Source: Malacoraja senta (lineage: Eukaryota). From it: 64,000 bases of DNA. Made by a program: the position numbers and the translations under genes. Positions 1 through 13,482 of this stretch are shown piece after piece (the first letter of the stretch is position 1; every line of letters starts with the position of its first letter). The notes below the pieces were generated by a model. That model had not been told where the DNA came from, searched no databases, and saw only the letters and a list, made by a program, of their open reading frames with translations. The stretch spans positions 1-64,000 of the forward strand of contig JAXLNO010000106.1 in assembly GCA_038087875.1 (NCBI GenBank). Direction: 5' to 3'.

Positions 1-300
1 TGGCACGGTCGTGCCGGGGGGGTGTTTATGGTGAGTGACCTTTGACAAATCCCATGATTCCTTTTGTTTTTCGGAATACCAAACTCGCTTATTGAATTTC
101 GATCACAAAAATAACCTATTATACCTAGGGGTCAGGATCAAGGAGTCGGTCAGGTGCTTTTTATTCTTGCAATTTCTTAACTTTACTCACAAGGATTCTA
201 CATCTTCTGACCCTATGTCATTTATTGCTACAAATTGGTTTTTATTCCTTACCAACAGTGCCAACGCCCACTGCCTGCACTGTACAGTAAGCTCATCCAT

Positions 301-2330
301 CTTGTTTCAGTTCAGTTTATTGTCACATGTACCGAGGTACAGTGAAAAGCTTTTTGTTGCGTGCCAACCAGTTAGCAGAAAGACAATACATGATTACAAT
401 CAATGCATTTATTTATCATTACACTTATGGGCGCCTTTCAAAGACTCTCAAGGACGCCTTGCAGATAAGCAGATTACAAAACATATAAGCAGAATAAAAA
501 AACTAAAAAAATAGTAGGGACATCAACAACATCACAATACACAAATTAAGGACAGAATTCATTCTAAAGGCACAAAAAAGAAAATCAGAAACACAATTTG
601 AGGCGAGAGCAGCGGCAGCTAAACCGCGCCAGCGTCCACTCTCCCCTCCGACCGCCATCTTGAACACAGACTAACAAGACAGTACACACAAAATCATCCC
701 CCCACAATGATTACCACTGTGGGGGAAGGCACAATGTCCAGTCCCCAACCCCAGTTCTCCCCAAAGTCAGCCTATTGAGGGCCTCCACAGTGCCTGCCTC
801 TACGGAGGCCCGATGTTCCTGGCCGTTCTCGCCGGGTGCTGTTGCCCCGGCGTCGGGAGAGTCCTCGCAGCGGCTGGGACGGCTGGAACGGCCGATTCCC
901 TACCGGAGGCCGCGGCTTCCGAAGCCAACAAGGCCGCGCCGGTTTGGAGCTCCCAGGCTCCCGATGGTGAAGTCGGCGCCGCCCACTCCTCTCCGCAGTC
1001 CCGCAGCCCAGAGGTGTTGAGCTCGGCCGGTCACAGCTCACCGGAGCTCCAGCGCGTTGATCCAGCGCGGCGACCCAGGCAAGGCATCGCCCGCTCCGCT
1101 CCGCGATAGCGCTCCAGCGCTGTGCCGCCACCGAAGCTGAAGGTGCTGGGCGCCCCCCGCCAGGAACGGCGCTCCAAGCCCGCTGGTAGGCCGCAAGGAC
1201 GGGTCGACGGGGCAGCCCGGAGAAAAGGCTGCCTCACCGACCAGGTAGGGACCTAGAAATGAGGTTACCCCCTTCACCCTACATTAAAAAGTCGGATTAC
1301 TCCCACAGGACAAACGCAGGACTCACTAAAAACTATTAAAAAAGTGAATTAAACGGACGGCGTGCTGATTAGCAGCCGTCCCCCAAGATGGCTCCTCTTG
1401 AATTTAATGTATTGATAGATGATAAGGGAATGTTTAGTGCAAGGTAAAGCTAGCAAAGTCCAGTCATGAATAGTCTAAGTGACATCAAAGAGGTAGATAG
1501 TGGTTCAGCACTGTTGTGATAGGATTATTCAGTTGCCTGATAACAACTGGGAAGAAACTGTCCCAGAATCTGGAAGTGTGCATTTTTACACTTCTGTACC
1601 TCGAGTCTGAAGGGCCAGGTGTCACTGCCTGTTGGCCTTCTGATCAAAGCGAGCATAGAAAGACAGCATTCAGGTCATCGGCTGTGTCGCACTGTCACCA
1701 ATGATGTCGCTAGACCATGCTTAGCAGCCATTTATCTTATTTATACTGTGCCACATTCTCCTTGTGTCCGAGTGATTATACTGGGACTCAAGTTTGTCCC
1801 GGTATTGTCTCTTGGCATCCTTGATGGCTTTGCGGAGATCAGAGCGGTTCTTGTACACTCTGGATCGTTTCTTGACTTGTAGCAGCGGACCTGGCCTTAA
1901 TCTGCAAATGTGCCATGGTTGGGGAACACTCGGATTGACTTCGTCGGCAGTCTTCCACGCACTTGTGATGAAGTCGTTACCGCAACGGTTTTCTCATTCA
2001 GGTTTGCTGCAGAATCCCTGAATATGGACCAGTCCACCAACCCAAAACTGTCTCGTAAGATGTTTTCTGTGTCCGTTCACCAGCATTTCACAACTCTCTG
2101 TTCTGGACAACTGGGTAAACGTGCAACACCTTCAGTTCACCACCCTTCCTCTCGAAGTGGTCACCTGCTACAAACAACAATTGAAGTAGGAGGATCCGGT
2201 GCAGAGAGTTGATAAATGCTGGTCAAATAAGCAGATGCAGAATTGATGCAGTGTAATGGGAATAGATGAGGCAGTAACAGGGTGGACAGTTTATTATATG
2301 AATTGGGGTGAGGGTGGGTCTTTGTGGGAG
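301..2330 (-). mobile_element. Decayed Rex1/Babar-like LINE, interrupted by another insertion at about 405-1400
   Basis: 3' end tttcactgtacctcggtacatgtgacaataaactgaac. Minus-strand remnants resembling ILRDSFGLVDWSIFRDSAANLNE and DLRKAIKDAKRQYRDKLESQ. Confidence 0.65.
405..1400 (-). mobile_element. GC-rich non-autonomous retroelement with an L2-type 3' tail
   Basis: 3' end gcgtccttgagagtctttgaaaggcgcccataa...aataaat resembles L2 tails; GC-rich non-coding body. Confidence 0.5.
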
Positions 2331-3054
2331 GAGAGGTGGGGACTTCCTTACATCTGTTCGGTGACCATCTGTCAGTAGGATCGAACATCGATTTTCTGGC
2401 AACTGGTTGGTCCAGCCCCTCCTCTAATCTGGACAAAATCACGAGAGCGTACTTGAATTTGCCGCCTACGATCGGGCCTCTGGAACTCGGGCCCGGCTGG
2501 GGCCGGCAGATCCGTTCCCATAGCCGACTTCCAAGGACGACTATGCAGGCCGGTATCTTGGCTCCTCGCCAGTGTAGGTGGATTGTTCCAGTACCGTTGG
2601 ACACCTCTTGGAGGCCCTTGTCAGACAGCAGTGGCGAGGGGCATGCCCGGCCTACCGCATTTTCAACAGATTTGGACAAATTATGGCAAGGTTTGGCCCG
2701 GTTGTCCAGCTGCGAAGCGTTGACTTGGCCCCGTCAATCCCACTCGCATTGGGACTTCCAAAGGCAACTGATTAACTGCCCTAAAATAATTTACACTTAA
2801 TTGTTTTATTTGAGCTTCTAGCACTCCATGGTGCTTTAGAGATGGTGCAAGGGTATATTTAGTGGATCAGAGGTGTAGAGGCTCGAGAAGGGTTTATTTT
2901 GTGGATTATGTAAAAATAATCTAATTATTATTACGTGACCTCTGATCTGGGAAAACTGATAACATGGGAAGGTTCTGGAAATAGGGGTGCTGGAAAATTG
3001 GTGTTCGACCTTATTGCTTGGTGTCCCACAGTTCATGTTAAACCTTGTATTGTA

Positions 3055-3530
3055 TGTAGACACAAAATGCTGGAGTAACTGTTGCAACATCTCTGGAGAG
3101 AAGGAATGGGTGACATTTCGAGTCGAGACCCTTCTTCAGACTGATGTCAGGGGAGTGGGCGAGACAGAGATAGAATGTAGTCAGAGACAGTAAGACTGGT
3201 AGGAGAACTGGGAAGGGGGGAGGGGATGGAGACAAGAGGGAAAGCAAGGGCTATTTGAAGTTAGAGAAGTCAATGCTTATACCACTGGGGTGTAAGCTAC
3301 CCAAGCGAAATATGAGGTGCTGTTCCTCCAATTTGCGCTGGGTCTCACTTTGACAATGGAGGAGGCCCAGGACAGAAAGGTCAGTGTGGGAATGGGAGGG
3401 TGAGTTAAAGTGTTGAGCAACTGGAGAACAAGTAGGTTTAGGCGGACCGAGCGGAGGTGTTCGGCGAAACAATCGCCGAGCCTGCGCTTGGTCTCACCAA
3501 TATACAGGAGATATACCACCCATCCTTGTA
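3055..3530 (-). mobile_element. Penelope-like element 3' fragment (GIY-YIG endonuclease plus pLTR)
   Basis: LYIGETKRRLGDCFAEHLR ... KLEEQHLIFRLGSLHPSG; hammerhead-like core at 3110-3141. Confidence 0.85.
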
Positions 3531-3694
3531 TTGTATGTATTGTCATTCCACTGATTTGTTAGCATGCACCAAAAGCTTTTCACTGCACCTTGTGACATGT
3601 TACACTGTGAGCTGCTCTGAGCAATCCCAGAGGTAAATGTGTGGCATGAATATGAGGGAGAATCTTGCCCACTGAGTCAGGTTTAGAGTGCAGG

Positions 3695-3910
3695 AAAGAA
3701 CTTCAGATGCTGGTTTAAATCGAAGGTCGACACAAAATGCTGGAATCACTCAGCGGGACAGGCAGCATCTCTGGAGAGAAGGAATGTGCGACGTTTCAGG
3801 TCATTACCCTTCTTCAGTCTGAATAACGGTCTCGACCCGATACGATACCCATTCCTTCTATCCAGAGATGCTGGCTGTCCCGCTGAGTTACTCCAGCATT
3901 TTTGTTCTCT
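3695..3910. repeat. Palindrome made of two inverted Penelope pLTR ends
   Basis: aaaatgctgg...cccttcttcag mirrored by ctgaataacgg...ccagcatttt, centred near 3818. Confidence 0.7.
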
Positions 3911-4119
3911 ACCTTTGAGTCCGGGTAAGTATTGTTTGGCAAATTTCAGACACTTCAGTAATGGGTGACTTATTGTAACAATGCGGAGGATGGTCTCCAG
4001 GAGGACAGGTTGGTGGATGAAATACATCTGATCATGGAATTAGTACTGGGTTGCTAGTTTTTCTCACTTGATGCTGCAATTCAATGTATCACCACTAAAT
4101 ATTTACACTTTCCTTTCAG

Positions 4120-4430
4120 TCAATACGGAAGACGTGGATGGAATTCTGGGTTCATCAGTTTTACTGGATCCCAAAGTTAAAGGTGACGACAGGAAGAAGG
4201 ACATTATTTGGGAGTTCATTTCATCCCTGTCTATGGAAGTGCTATCACCATTTTGCATCATATCCCAGGTGTGTGGTTGGAGGAACCAAGTGATCATTTC
4301 AAGTCCCGATTACAGTATACTCCTTCTAATGCCTCTTTAATGGTAAAAGGATTAGGACACGGAGACCAAGGAGAATACAGACTCACAATCAATGACCAAG
4401 TGGTGAAAATCATACAGTTGTACCTCTTTG
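4120..4430 (+). pseudogene. Gene A exon: N-terminal IgV-like domain of CD2/SLAM/CEACAM type (no Cys), with an apparent 1-bp frameshift near 4210-4240
   Basis: Acceptor tttcctttcAG|, donor TTTG|GTGAGT. One frame reads VNTEDVDGILGSSVLLDPKVKGDDRKKDIIWEF; another reads ITILHHIPGVWLEEPSDHFKSRLQYTPSNASLMVKGLGHGDQGEYRLTI (FxxRL..NASL..DxGxY motif). Length is 311 bp, one short of a phase 1-1 exon. Confidence 0.85.
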
Positions 4431-4650
4431 GTGAGTAGTTTCACTTGTTTATGATGCACATAAACGTGGCAGATCCTCAGGGCCGGATTTACGTACAAGC
4501 TTGACAAGCTTAAGCTTAGGGCCTCGAGATCTAGGGGGGCCTCGCAGAGCTGGATTTATCACTAGGCTTCATAGGCTGAAGCCTAGGGCCTCGAAATCTA
4601 GGGGGCCTCTGGCCAAGGCAGGACACCTGCCGTTCAACTCTGAGCGGGTC

Positions 4651-4696
<46 letters not shown>

Positions 4697-5802
4697 ACTC
4701 TCCATCTCCGCCTGCCATCCGTATCCATGTCCGGGCCGCCGGGTCTCCGCTCTCCGCTCGCTCCTCATCTGCTGGCACGGCCGGCCGCCTTGCACATGCA
4801 CACTGCTACGGCCAGCACATCCTCCCTCTGCTCATGCGCACTGCTACAGCCAGCACATCATCGGCCGCCCTGCGCATGCGCGCTGCCACAGCAACTGGTC
4901 GGCGCTGGGCACTTTCCCCCTCGCTTTGAATTGTGGGAGATCTGGCCGCCATTGCTGTCCGGTCGCCGCCTCGCCACGACCGCTGAAAACCAATGCAGAA
5001 TCACTCCCTGACCCTGGATCTGGTGTAACCCCCTGAAGTAACTCTTGCTTCTGGTGTCCGGGTCCTCCATAAATATTCTAAATGGAATTTAAACTGGAGG
5101 TGGTGGAGGGCTGAACAATAACAGCCTATTGCATTTTATCTGTTTATTTATTCTGTATATATATGGTCTATGGTATATAAACACACTGAACTTTTTTCTC
5201 CTGTTCTGTATTATATTTACATATTCTGTTGTGCTGCAGCAAGCAAGAATTTCATTGTCCTATCTGGGACACATGACAATAAAACTCTCTTGACTCTTGA
5301 CTCGGACTTAAGCAAAGAAGGGTTCTTGGGGAAAAAAGAGGTACCTTAAATTTAGTTGCGCCTGGTTGGGTAACTATGGTAGGGTGAAGACTATGCCATG
5401 CTTTAATTGTGTGGGGGAACTCCATGGAGCAGCCAGCAACTCTGGGTAGAAGAAATTGGGTGATGTTTCGGGTAGAAACCCTTCTTTAGACCCTCTGGTT
5501 TTTTGTGTTTTTAGTTTAATTTAAAGATGCAGCATGGAAACAGGCCCTTCGGCCCACCGAGTCCACGCCGACCACCGATCACCCGTACACTAGTTCTATC
5601 CCACACATTAACGGAGTAAGTCAAGAGTCAATTCTATCATGTCCCAATGAAATCCTTACCTGCAGCAGCACAACAGAATATGTAAACATAGTACTCTGTA
5701 AACAATGTTATAAATGAGAAAACAAAACAATGTATATTTATATATGAATATATAAATATATATGTGTTTCTGTATGTGTATATATAATATCTATACCCCC
5801 CC

Positions 5803-5833
<31 letters not shown>

Positions 5834-6029
5834 ACACACACAATTTCCCTCCTGGGATCAATAAAGTTTTATCGTATAGTATCATGTGTTTCGGAAGGAA
5901 CTGCAGATGCTGGTAGATAGATAGATACAAAAAGCTGGAGTAACTCAACAGGTCAGACAGAATCTCTGGACAAAAGGAAAATATTGTGTTTTGGGTTGGG
6001 TCTGAAATAGGTTCCTGCACACCTTTGGA

Positions 6030-6540
6030 ATGTGGAAGGAAACAAGAGCACCCGGAGAAATCCCATGCGATCAAAGGAAAAAGGAGCAAACTCTATACAG
6101 ACAGCACCCATATTCAGGATCAATTCCGGGCCTCTGGCACTTTTAGGCAGCAACTTTATGGCCAATGTACTGCCCCATAATCTTGAACTTAATTAAAACA
6201 TACAGTAGCTGTAAAGGGGGGACATAGCGTCACTTGGAGATTTAAAACTGAAAATGCATATTTTCATTTTTTTAGTAACCAAAGTTATCAACGTATAATT
6301 TTTTGTGCGTTGGAAAACAAAATATTCTGGCACAGCTGGTAGACTTGCTGCCTCACATGCCAGGGATATGTGTTCGGGCACTGTCTGCGTTGAATTTGCA
6401 CATTCTCCCTGCAAGTGTTAGTCTCCTCCCACATCCCAAAGATGCATTGGCTTTGTAGGTTAACTTGTCTCTGTAAAATTGACCCTAATGTGTAGGGAGT
6501 GGGTGAGGAAAGTGGGATAACAGAACTTGTGTGAATGGGT
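6030..6540. mobile_element. Two head-to-head tRNA-derived SINE copies (V-SINE/HE1-like)
   Basis: A-box-like tggcacagctggtaga followed by gaatttgcacattctccc...cccacatcccaaag (+); inverted copy at 6030-6180. Confidence 0.6.
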
Positions 6541-6982
6541 AGACAAAAATGCTGGAGAAACTCAGCGGGTGAGGCAGCATCTATGGAACGAAGGAATAGA
6601 CAACGTTTCGGGTCGAGACCCTTCTTCAGATTGATGTCGAGGGGGGGGCACGAAAAAGAATGGAAGAGGCGGAGACAGTGGGCTGTGGGAGAGCTGGGAA
6701 TGGGAGGGGAAGGAGGGAGAAAGCAAGGACTACCTGAAATTAGGGTAGCTAATGTTCATACCGCTGGGGTGTAAACTACCCAAGCAAATATGAGGTGCTG
6801 CTCCTCCAATTTGTGGTGGGCCTCACTCTGGCCATGGAGGAGGCCCAGGACAGAAAGGTCGGATTCGGAATGGGAAGGGGAGTTGAAGTGTTGAGCCACC
6901 GGGAGATCAGGTTGGTTATTGCAAACTGAGTGGAGGTGTTGTGCGAAGCGATCGCCAAGCCTGCGCTTGGTCTCACCGAGAT
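6540..6982 (-). mobile_element. Penelope-like 3' fragment nested in the hAT composite
   Basis: LGETKRRLGDRFAQHL...KLEEQHLIF; intact CTGAAGA-stem-GAAACGTT core at 6601-6630 (-). Confidence 0.85.
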
Positions 6983-7559
6983 TGATCATACGCTGAATAA
7001 TCCAACCACATTTTTGTTTGGAAGTGGAAAGAAATAATAGAAATTGCATTCATTGCAATGTGTAAAAAGAGTTGAGATAGTGTATTATAATTTTGCTGCA
7101 TGTCATTGTGGGATATATCATGGCTTGATGGTGAATATGTTTAGTTTGTGACTTTATTTGAAGCAGAAATAATATGTGAATGCTTCATTGAGCATAATTC
7201 CGACTGGTTACTACGCACTTCGTCCGAGCACATTATCGCACGCGTCATGCAAGCCATCTGAATTGACCACCTAAACTGTCATTTGGCAACCTAAAAAGCT
7301 GCAAGGTTGCCGGGCTGACAACAGTGAAAAAAAAGTAAGTGAGAGCCCTTCAAAGCGGTGTCAATCTGGTGGACAATCTTCCTCTACTCGTGGGGGTGTG
7401 GGATTGGGAGGGGCCTCACAAGTGGAACAGCTTAGGGCCTCTCTTCATCTATATCCGGCCCTGCAGATCCTGCAGTTGGTGAAAATCGGAAAAGAATCTC
7501 AGATGCTTGAATCTGAAAAAGCCAGAAAATTCAGGGAAAGCTAACTGAGGCCATCGACA

Positions 7560-9470
7560 GAGGTTACAATGAGGAGGTCACGCCTAGGGATCGGACAGAA
7601 AGTAGTTGGGTGATCACCATTCGGGCAGAAAGTAGATGGGTGATCACCAGGAAAGGGATTAGGCAGAAAGTGCTGGATTCCTCTGTGGCCATTGCCCCTG
7701 ACAATAGGTACATCTCTTTGAAAACTGCTGGCGGGGAGGGGGAAGGATCAGCAACAGTCAGGTCTGAGGCATTGGGCTTGACTGAAGCACAGCGGGAAGG
7801 GTGACGTAAGGCAGAGCAATCTTGATAGGAGATCCGTTAGTGAGGGGGAGAGGCAGGAGATTCTGTAGCAGCAAAAGAGACTCGAGGATGTAATGTTACT
7901 CCCTTATGACGGGGCCCAGGGTGTCTCCAAAACATTTTCAAGCGGGAGGGTGAATAGCTGGAAGTCTGAATGAGGTCCTGCAATTGGAGTGGATACAGGG
8001 AATTAGGCAGAAGGTGAACAAACAGGATCTTTAGGGTAGTGATCTTTGGATTGTCCTAGTGCTATGTGCTAGTGAGGGTAGGAATAGGAAGGTGAATGCA
8101 TGACTGAGGAGTTAGTGTAAGGGACGGGGATTTAGATTTTTAGAACATTGGGATCTCCTCTGGGGGCAGAAGTGACCTGTACCAGGGGGACGGGTTGCGA
8201 CTGAACTGGAGGGAACCAATGGCCTGGTAGGCAGCTTTGCCAGTGCTAATCGGGATCATTGCATCTAGATGGCAGGAGGTGGGATCGAAAGCAGGAGTGA
8301 GGCAGGTGAAAGGCGGGAAGTTGATGAAAGCAATCCCTCAGCAGGATAGACAGGAGCACAGTGGGCAGTGAGGAAGGACTGTAGAATTAACTGATGGGGT
8401 AGGAGGATGAACTCTGCATGGACAGTACATATGACTGGGAATTACTGTTAAGGAAACCTGGGTAAGGAAGGAATAGAACTGGCAACTTAATATTCCAGGG
8501 TACAGGTGTGGCAGGTGAGACACAGGAGGGGGAGTTACTTTACTGATTAAGGAAAATGTCACAGCAATCGTCTGAGATGACATTCCTGATTGGTCATCCA
8601 GTGAAGCTGTAGAGGTGGAGCTGAGGGGGGGAAATGAGGATGATCACCTCTTTGGATGTGTAGTAAAGGTCCCAAATAGTCAAGGGCAATTAGAAGCATA
8701 AATATGCTGGGGGACTGCAAAACTCTTGTCAAAGTTGTGGATTTTAACTTTCCCAATGTAGATTGGGACTGCCACAGTTCCAAGGGCAAAGTGGAATACG
8801 CCAAATGTATTTGACTAAGTTTCCTTAGCCAATATATAGAGGGCCCTACAAGGAGTGGGCAAAGATTGGCCTACTCTTAGGAAAGGCAAGTGACTGAAGT
8901 ATCAGTGATCAAATGTTTTGGGACCAGCAATCACAATTCTATTAGCTTCAACATAGTTATAGATAAGGACAGGCTAATGTTGTGCCACTATTTAAGACGA
9001 GCTGCAAGGAAAAGCCTGGGAACTATAGACCAGTGGACTCAATATCTGTGGTAGGTGAATTACTGGAGAGGATTAGGTAGATGAAGCATTTTAGCATTTG
9101 GATAGACAGAAGCTGATTAGGGATAGTCAACATGTGCGAGATCGTCTTTGATTGAATTTTTTGAAGTAACAAGGTTGACAAGGACAAGACTGTGGATGTT
9201 TCCTACATGGATTTCGGAAAGGCCTTCGATAAGGTTCTGCCTGGTAAGCTGCTCTAGAAGGTTAGATCGTATGGCATCCATATAGAGCTAGCTGCCCTTG
9301 GATACAGAATTTGATTCATGGAAGGAAGCAGAGAATGGTGGTGGTGGATTGTGTATCAAACTAGAGGCCTGTGACTAGTGGTGTGCCTCAGAGATTGGTG
9401 CAGGGCCCAATTGCTGTTCATGGTTTAAATCAACAATCAGATGAGAATGTGCAAGGCATGATTAGCAAGT
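7560..9470 (+). mobile_element. Heavily decayed CR1 LINE (ORF1/endonuclease/RT remnants)
   Basis: CR1-like motifs (ETW..DWQLNIPGY; MDFGKAFDKV; VTSGVPQ) with many stops and deletions. Confidence 0.7.
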
Positions 9471-12400
9471 TAACGGCCTTTCCTGCCGGAGACCGGCCAG
9501 AGCTTCAGCAGCGGCGCAGCACTGAATTCCATCGCGGAGCGGGCGATGCTTTACCGGGGATCACCGTGTTGGAGCTCCGGAGGGCCTGCCGACTTTAACA
9601 CTGTGGAGCTGTGGTCTGTGAAGCGTCCAACCGCGGACGGCGCTGACTTTAACATCGCAGAGGCCTGGGATCATTTGCCGAGGAACGCCAGTGTTGGAGC
9701 TCCGCCCAGCTTGGCCTGTGGACTTCGGAAGCTGCGGTCTCCGGTAAGAAGCGGCCGATTCGGAACTCCAAGCCGCTGAGAGTGTTCTTCCATTCTGACA
9801 CCGGTGCTTCGATCATCTCGGCGAGAGGGCCTGAACAGTAGCGGCGACTGCGGAGGGCTCAATAGGCCCCGACCACGGGTGATGGAGATGATTGCCTTCC
9901 CTCACAGTGGGAAACGTTGATTCCGCTGTGGGGGATGTTCATGTTAAAATCTATAGTGTTGGGTTCATTTCATTTTATTTGTGTGACTGCATGGTAACTC
10001 AAATTTCACTGCACCAATTGGTGTATGTGACAATAAATGTAACTTGAATTTGACACTAAAGTAGGTAGTCTTGGAGATAATTAAGTGGTTATCAAAATTA
10101 GAGCAAGATCTTAATCAGCTGGGCAAGTGGGCTGAACAATAGCTAATGGAGATTAATGCAGATAACCATGCTGTGTTATATATTGGGAAGTCAAACCAGG
10201 GCAGGACTTTCACAATGAATGGTAGGGTCCTGGGGAGTGTTGTAAAGGACAGGGATCTAGGAGTTCAGGTACAGTTTCCTGTTGGATTAACTGGACTGTT
10301 CACAGAACAAAAATGGATGGCAGGGGAACTGATTCTTGCATTGGAAGACAAAGCATATTATCTAGAGTTGGAGAAGTCAATATTGAGTCCAGAAAGTTGC
10401 AAACTGACCAGATGGCAGATGATGTGATGTTCCTTGAACTTGTGTTGGGCCTTATTGTAACAGTGTGGAAGGTCACAGATGGAGAGGTCAAGCTTCGGGT
10501 CACTCCTGCAGACTGAGTCCAGGAGTACCAGAAAGTGATCGCTCAATCTCCATTAGGTTTCTCCAGTGTAGAGACTACGTTGCAAATACAGAATGCAGTG
10601 CACTAGATTGAGAGAAACAAGGTGAAAGGATAGGCACGGACATGTTAGGGATAGTCAGCATGGCTTGTGTGGGAAATCATGCCTCACAGGATTGATGAGG
10701 AACACACGGCAGTGGATGTTGTCCACATGGATTTAAGCAAGGCATTTGACCAGATCTCATGTGGTAGGCATGTCTAGAAGGTGAAATTGCATGGAAGCCA
10801 AGGTGAGCTAGCCAATTAGATTCAAAATTAGTTTGGAGAAAATTCAAAGTGTTGTTATGAAGGCTTGTTTTTCTAATTGGAGTCCTGTGATCAGAGGTGT
10901 GCCACGGAGGTGTGGCACAGTGGTTTGTTAAATACATTAGCAATTTGGAAGACAATGTGGTAAATTGTTAGAACATTTGCAGATTACGTAAACATTGGGG
11001 TTATACTAGACAGTAGGAAAGGATGTCTAAGTTTGCAACAAGATCCAAATCAGTTGGGATGGTGGGCAAGGAATGGCAAATTAAATGTAATTCTAACAAG
11101 TGTGAGGTATTGGTCTTTAGATTCTAGACCAGGACTTGCACAGAATGTGGTAGAGCCTGGAGAGTGCTCCAGAACAGAGATCAAGTGGATTATAAAGCTA
11201 CCTCTCAAAGATTCCTGTTGTACTGAATCGATATATAATTATTCATATCACTCCCAAAACACTAATCTCCACCAATAAACTGTGCTGCATCAGTGATGTC
11301 AAACTCATGAATGATGGGTTGAAGGGCCTGTCTCAGAGCTGTGTCTCTCCACGAATCTCAGAGAAAGATCTTTGCCGAGGAAGTCATTCTCAAAGTCCAC
11401 GGGTCATCATGGTGCAGCAGAGCCTGATGAAAGGTTGGGGGAAGAGGAGGGAGTGAGCTTGATTTTACAAGGGGAGGTGGAAACTGGACATAATCCTGCC
11501 AATTTACAGCAACATTTTGTGTTTTGTTCATTGCAAGTCATTACAGTTCAATAATCAACATTTCCCCCTTTAGCTGAGCTGACAGAAGCTTGGATATCGA
11601 CCAACTCCAGCTCCGTGGGTTCCACTATCCAGCTCACCTGTAATGTCAGTGGAGATGTTGACGAGTATCGGTGGTGGAAAGATGGAGGGGAAATCTCCCG
11701 GCATCACCAGCTAATAGATCAGAACAGGAATCTTGTGATTCCAGGAGCTTCAAGACGTGACTGTGGAACATACACCTGTGTTGCAACCAATCCCGTCAGC
11801 CGCATCCAGAAAAATTACACGCTGACTATTCACGGTGAGCTTGGTTTATGGATGACATTCACAGGTTAAATCTTGTCATCATCTGCTATTGGTGAGCTTT
11901 AGAAAGCGATCTGTCAACACTGCTGCTGAGAAAACCTGGAGGAAAATTAGACTTCAGAGAAATAATGCGACACATTCAGTCAACCTAGCCTGGTCAATCT
12001 GGTCTATGCTGGCCTAGCCTGTGAAATCCAGCCAGTCCCTCTCCTCTGCCCTTTCCCCACTGCCAGACAATGTTTCTTCCAGATACTTATCCAGCTCTCC
12101 AAATATTACAATTAAATAAATCTCCACAATGACCCCTGGTAAATCTAACCTAACCCTAACCAGCTTTGATTCTTGTGACAATTCCTCAATCTTTGTCCTG
12201 TTCATTACCCTCTCTATCTACCTGGTCCATAATAGATGTTTAAATACCTCTATTGGATCTTCTCAACTTCCTCTGTTCGAAGAACAACCTTGGCCCTCTC
12301 CAATCTGCCCACATAACCAAGACATCTCATTCCAGGAATCATTATGGTAAATCTCTCCGAATCACCCCTTCCAAAGTCTTTTTTTGTCCTAAACTCCAGC

Positions 12401-12694
12401 ATTTTGTTTCCTAAAGGTTCATCATGACTTACTTCATCTGGTGTTCTGTGCCTCCAATTATGTACCCAGGAACCTATGTGGTTTCAATGTGCTCTGCCAC
12501 TTTCAATGAATCTTATACTTGTACATTCCAGATCTGGCTGTTCTTCCCAATTCACTCTGGTTGTCATTGCATCTTATTATTCCTATCATAATGTAAGACT
12601 CCACATTGCGCTGCATTACAATTATCTGCCACGGATATGCCTATTCCAGCAGCTTGTCTACATCTTAACAGCTTTCATTATCCTGCTTTCCATT
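8064..12694 (+). repeat. Tandem segmental duplication, copy A (includes C2 exon 1)
   Basis: Collinear with 13483-18301 from atgtgctagtgagggtagg to atcctgctttccatt. Confidence 0.92.
11574..11834 (+). CDS. Gene A exon: C2/I-type Ig domain, copy 1
   Basis: Acceptor cccctttAG|, donor CACG|GTGAGC, 261 bp, phase 1-1. Reads IQLTCNVSG..YRWWKDG..LVIPGASRRDCGTYTCVATNPVS. Confidence 0.9.
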
Positions 12695-13482
12695 GTCTTC
12701 CCTCACAGTGGGAAACTCCTGTTTTGTGCGTGGGCATCACCCTGGTGTGGAGGTTGGGGTCCGATGGCGATGCATCACGGTCAGTGACTGTGGGACGCTC
12801 CCACGGGTGGAGACGGAGAAGGGGGAGAGAGAGAGAGAGGGGGAGAGAGAGAGGGGGAGAGGAGAGGGAGAGAGAAGAGGAGAGAGAAGAGGGGAGAGAG
12901 AGAAGGGACAGAGTGAGGGGTAGAGAGAGAAGGGGAGACGGGAGCGTGGGGTTCATTTTCCCACACAAGCCATCGGTGACTGGGCAATCTGAACCCAAGC
13001 ACCAAGTTGAAAGCGGCCGAAGATGTGCAGCCCCCACTCTCCCACGGCCACCCTCCGCGGGCTGCGGGTCGGGTGGAGCGGAGGTTTGGGACAATGTTCA
13101 TGCCTTCACAGTGATGTGATGGACGCGGGGGTCTGGACTAATCGCTGACAAGTCCCGCCCCCCGGCAACGTCATGTCTGATATTGGACTTTTCTGTTGAG
13201 CGGCAGTCGGTCCTTTGGCCTGTAGGCGACGCCGCCTTTAGGGTAGGTGGCGTTTCGACAGAGCGGCCATTCGGTAAGTTTGATTTTAGGCGACGCAACT
13301 TTTCGGTTAGTTGGCTTTTAGGCGTCCCGCCCTTTCGGTTAGTTTGCATTTAGGCATCCCATCCTTTCGGTTAGTAGGCATTTCGTCTTCGGACTCTTTC
13401 GGTTTATTGGCGTTTCGGCCTCGTTTCCGTTCGGTTCTTTGGCTTCAACTTCATGTCTGTCGGCGCCATGTCCGGGTACCCA
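12695..13482 (-). mobile_element. Orphan DNA-transposon-like end at the duplication junction (possibly MULE/Ricksha-like)
   Basis: Minus-strand terminus GGGTACCCGGACATGGCGCCG followed by many short ccgaaa/cgaaa subterminal repeats; GA-rich tract at 12814-12940. Confidence 0.4.

Larger units (their letters stand above)
4478..7463. mobile_element. Non-autonomous hAT-type composite element containing SINEs, a Penelope fragment and another TIR-element end
   Basis: TIRs CAGGGCCGGAT / ATCCGGCCCTG; exact 8-bp TSD cagatcct at 4470-4477 and 7464-7471. Confidence 0.85.

Noticed and set aside
215-292. Possible leader or mini-exon for gene A (MSFIATNWFLFL...CT|GTAAGC, or 259-286)
   Set aside because: The phase does not fit the phase-1 acceptor at 4120 and the signal-peptide character is weak.
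772-1277. Overlapping GC-rich ORFs (also 12637-13119, 23501-24089, 43548-44141, 55198-55963)
   Set aside because: These are low-complexity or antisense ORFs arising from GC-rich repeats or microsatellites, with no recognisable domain.
3900-3930. Strong donor CCGG|GTAAGT just upstream of the IgV exon
   Set aside because: The upstream sequence is a Penelope-derived palindrome, and no credible leader ORF was found.
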